DNA from: Candidatus Woesearchaeota archaeon
GTDB taxonomy: Archaea > Nanobdellota > Nanobdellia > Woesearchaeales > JABGUJ01
Length of the DNA stretch: 64,000 bases
Assembly: GCA_018646625.1 (NCBI GenBank)
Contig: JABGUJ010000003.1
Span: forward strand, 1-64,000
Direction: 5' to 3'
The position numbers and the translations under genes were made by a program. Shown in pieces: positions 59,425 to 64,000 of this stretch (the first letter of the stretch is position 1; each line of letters opens with the position of its first letter). The notes under the pieces were generated by a model. That model had not been told where the DNA came from. It saw nothing but the letters and a program-made list of their open reading frames with translations, and did not search any database.

Positions 59425-60909
59425 ATGGAAAAAACAAATGAAAAAGAAAATCCTAACAAGTTAATCCAGGACAGACTTAGAAAGTTAAACGATCTAAGGG
59501 AACTCAACGTTAATCCATATCCTTATTCTTATCAGCCTACACACAAGGCTAAAGATATCAATGAAAAATACGCAGGACTGAAAGCAGAAGAAGAAACTAA
59601 AGACAATGTTAAGGTTGCAGGAAGAATCATGCAGCTAAGAAACATGGGTAAAATCTGTTTTATCCATTTAATGGACTCCACAGGAAAAGTTCAATTATAT
59701 TTACGAAAAGAAGATTTAGGAGATAACTACAAACTTCTTAAGAAATTAGATCTTGGCGACTTTATTGGAGCAGAAGGTCACATCTTCAAAACGAAGATGG
59801 GCGAAGTTACAGTATACACAAAAAATTTTGAAGTACTGTGCAAATCACTAAGACCTCTACCAGAAAAGTATCACGGCCTACAAGATGTAGAGATAAGATA
59901 CAGAAAGAGATACTTAGATTTAATCACTAATCCAAATATAAGAGATACCTTTGTTACAAGAAGTAAGATCATAAAAGGCATTAGAAATTATTTAGATGAC
60001 AGAGGATATGTGGAAGTTCAAGTACCAATGCTTCAACCAATCTACGGTGGAGCAGCAGCAAGACCTTTCAAAACACATCACAACGATCTAGACATGCCGT
60101 TATACCTGAAGATTTCTCCAGAACTCTACTTAAAGAGACTCATTGTAGGAGGATTCGACAAAGTTTACGACATCAGTTATAATTTCAGAAATGAAGGTAC
60201 TGATACTAATCACAATCCAGAGTTTACAATGATCGAATGGTATGAAGCTTACGCAGACTACAACGACATGATGAGAATGACGGAAGAGTTAGTAAGTGGA
60301 TTAGTAAAAGAACTTCACGGTTCAACTAAGCTAACGTACCAAGGAACAGAATTAGACTTCACCATGCCATGGAGAAGACTAAAGATGAAAGATGCAATCA
60401 AAGAATATGCTGATATTGATATTGATGACTACGATGATGAACAAATCAAAGAACTAATCGATACATACAATTTAGAATATCACGGAGATGTAACAAGAGG
60501 TGGAATTGTACAAGTTTTATTTGAAGAACTAGCTGAAGATAAACTTATTCAACCAACGTTCATCATAGATCATCCAGTTGAAGTTTCACCACTAACTAAA
60601 ATTCATAGAACTGACAAGGGTTTCGTAGAAAGATTTGAGTTATTCATCAACAAAATGGAACTAGCCAACGCATATTCTGAATTGAATGATCCGATTGATC
60701 AGAAAAACAGATTAGAAGAACAAGAAGCTAGCAGAGCTGTTGATGATGAAGCACATCCAATGGATGAAGACTTTGTTGAAGCTATCGAAACAGGTATGCC
60801 ACCTACTGGAGGCATTGGTATTGGTGTTGACAGATTAGTTATGATTCTAACAGATAGTCCTAGTATTAGGGATGTAATTCTCTTCCCAACCATGAAACCA
60901 CAGGATTAG
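59425..60909 (+). CDS. lysS: lysine--tRNA ligase, class II
   Basis: VAGRIM, RYRKRYLDL, GGAAARPFKTHHN, LKISPELYLKRL, FRNEG..HNPEFTMIE, GMPPTGGIGIGVDRLVM. Confidence 0.97.
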   Translation: MEKTNEKENPNKLIQDRLRKLNDLRELNVNPYPYSYQPTHKAKDINEKYAGLKAEEETKDNVKVAGRIMQLRNMGKICFIHLMDSTGKVQLYLRKEDLGDNYKLLKKLDLGDFIGAEGHIFKTKMGEVTVYTKNFEVLCKSLRPLPEKYHGLQDVEIRYRKRYLDLITNPNIRDTFVTRSKIIKGIRNYLDDRGYVEVQVPMLQPIYGGAAARPFKTHHNDLDMPLYLKISPELYLKRLIVGGFDKVYDISYNFRNEGTDTNHNPEFTMIEWYEAYADYNDMMRMTEELVSGLVKELHGSTKLTYQGTELDFTMPWRRLKMKDAIKEYADIDIDDYDDEQIKELIDTYNLEYHGDVTRGGIVQVLFEELAEDKLIQPTFIIDHPVEVSPLTKIHRTDKGFVERFELFINKMELANAYSELNDPIDQKNRLEEQEASRAVDDEAHPMDEDFVEAIETGMPPTGGIGIGVDRLVMILTDSPSIRDVILFPTMKPQD

Positions 60910-60981
60910 AGAGCTCTAAGCAATGAATCAAGCACACCGAAAGCTTTAAATTCTAGTTTATAAATCAAAGTAGAGATAAAA

Positions 60982-61380
60982 ATGGGAATGTTTTCAAGTA
61001 ACGGCAAAGATGTAACCATCAGATTTGGTGAAAGAACAGTTATAGGACTAACTGAGAAAGTAATCATCAAAAGTTTAGATGGAAAAGAAAAAGAAGTTCT
61101 TGCAAGAATTGACACTGGTGCAACAACTAGTTCAGTAGATGTCGGATTAGCAGCCGAGTTAGGCCTAGGACCAGTCATCAAGAGCAAACTTATCAAAAGT
61201 GCATCTGGCTCAGGAATGAGAGCTGTTGTAAAAGCAATAATGGTTATGGAAAACCAAGATAAAGAATGCGAATTCAATCTTGCAGACCGAACACACATGA
61301 AATACAGAGTATTAATTGGTCAGAACATTCTAAAAGACGGTGGATTCTTAATAGATCCCACCAAGTCACAAATAGATTAA
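60982..61380 (+). CDS. retropepsin-like (RimB / RimK-associated) protease
   Basis: IGLTEKV, ARIDTGATTSS, NLADRTHMKYRVLIG. Confidence 0.85.
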   Translation: MGMFSSNGKDVTIRFGERTVIGLTEKVIIKSLDGKEKEVLARIDTGATTSSVDVGLAAELGLGPVIKSKLIKSASGSGMRAVVKAIMVMENQDKECEFNLADRTHMKYRVLIGQNILKDGGFLIDPTKSQID

Positions 61381-61392
61381 ACTTGGGGTAAA

Positions 61393-62499
61393 ATGGCAGC
61401 TGAAGAACCAAAGCTAAGGGCAGCTCTCGTAAGTCTAGGTAGCGTTTCATCTAAATGGACATTAGAAGAAATGGAAAAGTATTTCTCAGAAGTTGACTCA
61501 TTAAATGTAAAAGAATTTGAAGTTGATTTAGGATCAGACGGTGCAGAAGTCCTTTACAAAGGTAAAAAAATACCAGACTATGATTGTATTTATCTAAAAG
61601 GATCATTCAAATATGCAAATTTACTATCATCTATTTGCTCAGTTCTTCAAGGAAAATGTTACATGCCAACATCACCATCATCATTCACTAACGGACATGA
61701 TAAACTATTAACACATCTTAAAATGCAGCAAGCAAAAATACCTATGCCTGCTACCTACATATCTTCTACACCTCAAGCAGGTAAAGAGATTCTAGAGAGA
61801 ATGAATTATCCAATAATAATTAAATTTCCACAAGGTACTCACGGTAAAGGAGTCTTGATAGCAGAAAGTTATACATCGGCATCATCTATGCTTGATGCAC
61901 TAATAGCTTTAAAGCAACCATTCATCATTCAAGAATTCGTCGACACAGGAGGCAAGGACATCAGAGCAATCGTTGTAGGTAATAAAGTAGTAGCAGCAAT
62001 GCAAAGAGTTGCAAAAAAAGGAGAACATAGAGCTAACGTTCATGCAGGCGGAGTTTGCGAAGCAATAGTAGTAGATTACAAAACAGAAAAGATCGCAGTA
62101 GAAACTGCTAAAAGATTAGGCATCGATATCTGCGCAGTAGATATCTTACTAGGACCAAAAGGACCTCTAGTAATTGAAGCCAACCTAAGTCCAGGACTAC
62201 AAGGAATCACTGACTGCACAAAAATTAATGTAGCGAGCAAGATTGCAAGGTTTCTTTACGAACAAACACTAATATTCAAACAAAACAAAGGAGACAACAA
62301 AACAAACAGAATCTTAAACGATTTAGGTATTGGCAAAAGCACGCCAGCTCAAGAAATTGTATCTAATCTTGATTTTAGAGGAACTAGAATACTTCTACCA
62401 GAAATGGCATCCGCACTAAGTAAACTTAGCACTGCTGATGAAGTTACAATAAGTGCTAAGAAAGATGAAATAAAAATCAAGAAGATGGATATCGAATAA
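61393..62499 (+). CDS. rimK: RimK-family ATP-grasp alpha-L-glutamate ligase with a C-terminal AbrB-like extension
   Basis: DKL, IPMPAT, IKFPQGTHGKGV, IQEFV, DIRAIVVG, RANVHAGG, AVD, IEANLSPG. Confidence 0.88.
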   Translation: MAAEEPKLRAALVSLGSVSSKWTLEEMEKYFSEVDSLNVKEFEVDLGSDGAEVLYKGKKIPDYDCIYLKGSFKYANLLSSICSVLQGKCYMPTSPSSFTNGHDKLLTHLKMQQAKIPMPATYISSTPQAGKEILERMNYPIIIKFPQGTHGKGVLIAESYTSASSMLDALIALKQPFIIQEFVDTGGKDIRAIVVGNKVVAAMQRVAKKGEHRANVHAGGVCEAIVVDYKTEKIAVETAKRLGIDICAVDILLGPKGPLVIEANLSPGLQGITDCTKINVASKIARFLYEQTLIFKQNKGDNKTNRILNDLGIGKSTPAQEIVSNLDFRGTRILLPEMASALSKLSTADEVTISAKKDEIKIKKMDIE

Positions 62500-62506
62500 A
62501 ACCCAT

Positions 62507-63037
62507 CTATTTATTTCCATAATAAAAGAACTTCTCGATTTCCACGTCTTCTGAATTATAGCTTCCACATCTTGGCGATGATTTTGGAGGCTCAGGCTCT
62601 TTGAACTGAGATTGTCTTTCAACTTTAGGATGTTCAGGATTATCAGCAGTTACAGGAGAATCTGAAGCAAACACTTTTACGCTTTTTTGTTTCTGCTCTA
62701 ACTGATTCATCATCTCAATCATTTCATTCATTTTTTGCTGCATTTCTACAATAGTTTCTTCTTGCCGTTTCATTTGATTCTGCAAAGATCTAACATGTAG
62801 TTCATGCTCAGGCGCCTTACCAGGTATATTAACAGCACTAGTTGTAGATGTCTCTGGAGAGTCTTTCTCAATCTTTATAACACCAGAATCCGACGTACTA
62901 GTTACAGATGACACTTCACCATCATTTCTAATCATTTGCTCTGCTTGACTCACAGCTTGAGTCATATCTTCAGCCATACCGTGGTTTTTTAATTCCATAG
63001 CGAGCTTGTTTATTTTTTGTAGTTTATCTACATCCAT
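62507..63037 (-). CDS. hypothetical coiled-coil protein
   Basis: SD AGGAGG; 176-aa ORF. Confidence 0.8.
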   Translation of the reverse strand: MDVDKLQKINKLAMELKNHGMAEDMTQAVSQAEQMIRNDGEVSSVTSTSDSGVIKIEKDSPETSTTSAVNIPGKAPEHELHVRSLQNQMKRQEETIVEMQQKMNEMIEMMNQLEQKQKSVKVFASDSPVTADNPEHPKVERQSQFKEPEPPKSSPRCGSYNSEDVEIEKFFYYGNK

Positions 63038-63059
63038 TTTTGTTCCTCCTTACTGCAAC

Positions 63060-63914
63060 TTATTTGATTCTATGAACGTCAATATAGTGAGGCGAACCAG
63101 CCGATGTTGATTTCTTCCTCACAGGTTTTGAGTGATGCCCTTCTTGAAAACTACCCACAAGAATAGTTCCTAACAAAAAGTACAACACAAATAATACAAA
63201 TGGAATATATGGCAAGTTAACTCCAGATAAAGGCAAAGTCAACAACTCCAAAAGAATCATAGGAGTCAAAGCATAAATTCCAATATTAAAAAGTTCATTA
63301 AAATTAATTTCAAACCTAAACAATCGTGATAAAACTAAGATTATAACTGTTCCAAGCAATACAAATATCAAATACTTCAAAGAAAAGTAAACAAAAGCCA
63401 AAAGAGCCAACAAAGGCGACATAAGCAATAACACTTTTGAAACAAAGCTTGAGACTTCACTTTTATTTGCCTTAAAATCATTAAACAAAGACATACTTAT
63501 TTTCTTATAACCAAACAATTTGTCGTACATAAAGTTGGTGCCATCAAAAACCAGTAATCCATCCGCTTCAGATTCATTGCCCTCACCAAAAGTAACTAAT
63601 GCTTCTTTTTCACCAAACACTACAGGCTCAGCAGAAGAAAAATGAAAATCTACACCTATACTATCAAAATTATCTAACTTACCTTCTACATACTCAGATA
63701 ATCCAAACAAAGCAGGAATAAATAATATTAAAGAAATTACAAAAACCCAGAGTAACAACGTAAAAAAATGTTTAACAGAATTACCAACAATAGCAACACT
63801 CAAATCTTTGTAAGAACGAGGGTTAAATGATCTAGCCACAGTTCTAATAAACTGCTCAATTGATGGATTTATGTTCCATCCCTTTTGTTTATACACCTTT
63901 TTTCTTGACAACAT
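63060..63914 (-). CDS. integral membrane protein, DUF1189-like (start uncertain)
   Basis: One N-terminal TM, a soluble loop, then about four C-terminal TMs with YALTP. Confidence 0.7.
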   Translation of the reverse strand: MLSRKKVYKQKGWNINPSIEQFIRTVARSFNPRSYKDLSVAIVGNSVKHFFTLLLWVFVISLILFIPALFGLSEYVEGKLDNFDSIGVDFHFSSAEPVVFGEKEALVTFGEGNESEADGLLVFDGTNFMYDKLFGYKKISMSLFNDFKANKSEVSSFVSKVLLLMSPLLALLAFVYFSLKYLIFVLLGTVIILVLSRLFRFEINFNELFNIGIYALTPMILLELLTLPLSGVNLPYIPFVLFVLYFLLGTILVGSFQEGHHSKPVRKKSTSAGSPHYIDVHRIK

Positions 63915-64000
63915 GAAGCATCAACAATATTTATCTCTTTTTAGCTTTGAATGCTTTTTACGCAATTCAAAACTTATTTGTTTACTTCCCTCAACATGAG
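63869..64000 (-). CDS. 3' end of a gene running off the window
   Basis: Frame open from the window edge, reading ...HVEGSKQISFELRKKHSKLKEINIVDASCCQEKRCINKRDGT* with stop at 63869-63871. Confidence 0.4.

Noticed and set aside
59425..60909. Class II LysRS in an archaeon as a novelty
   Set aside because: Class II LysRS is already known in several archaeal lineages.

Overview
Low-GC archaeal chromosome segment, most consistent with a DPANN archaeon such as Woesearchaeota. This assignment is inferred from the archaeal 16S/23S, the aIF6-prefoldin-FtsY cluster, TATA-box and apparently leaderless genes, and many orphans. The window opens with the 3' end of 16S, a tRNA-Ala(UGC) carrying a 33-nt intron in the T-loop, and a complete 23S with no 5S after it. 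It is dominated by a 19.2-kb gene for a ~6400-aa membrane-anchored surface protein. In it, one conserved split Ig-like 'host' domain occurs six times, each copy carrying a different or reused inserted passenger domain (ALK/LTK-type Gly-rich x2, fibrinogen-like, CBM/MAM-like x2, one unrecognised). A second host type carries three LamG inserts. The rest holds three more tRNAs, housekeeping genes (scpA, asnS, aIF6, pfdA, ftsY, alaX, class II lysS) and several oddities. These include FtsY fused to a histidine phosphatase domain, a Hel308 lacking its N-terminal ATPase domain, two genes that appear to start at ATT/ATC, a kinase flanked by structured RNAs, and a RimB-like protease/RimK pair. No CRISPR array, transposase or integrase was seen. 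All calls are by eye from motifs; no database search was run.
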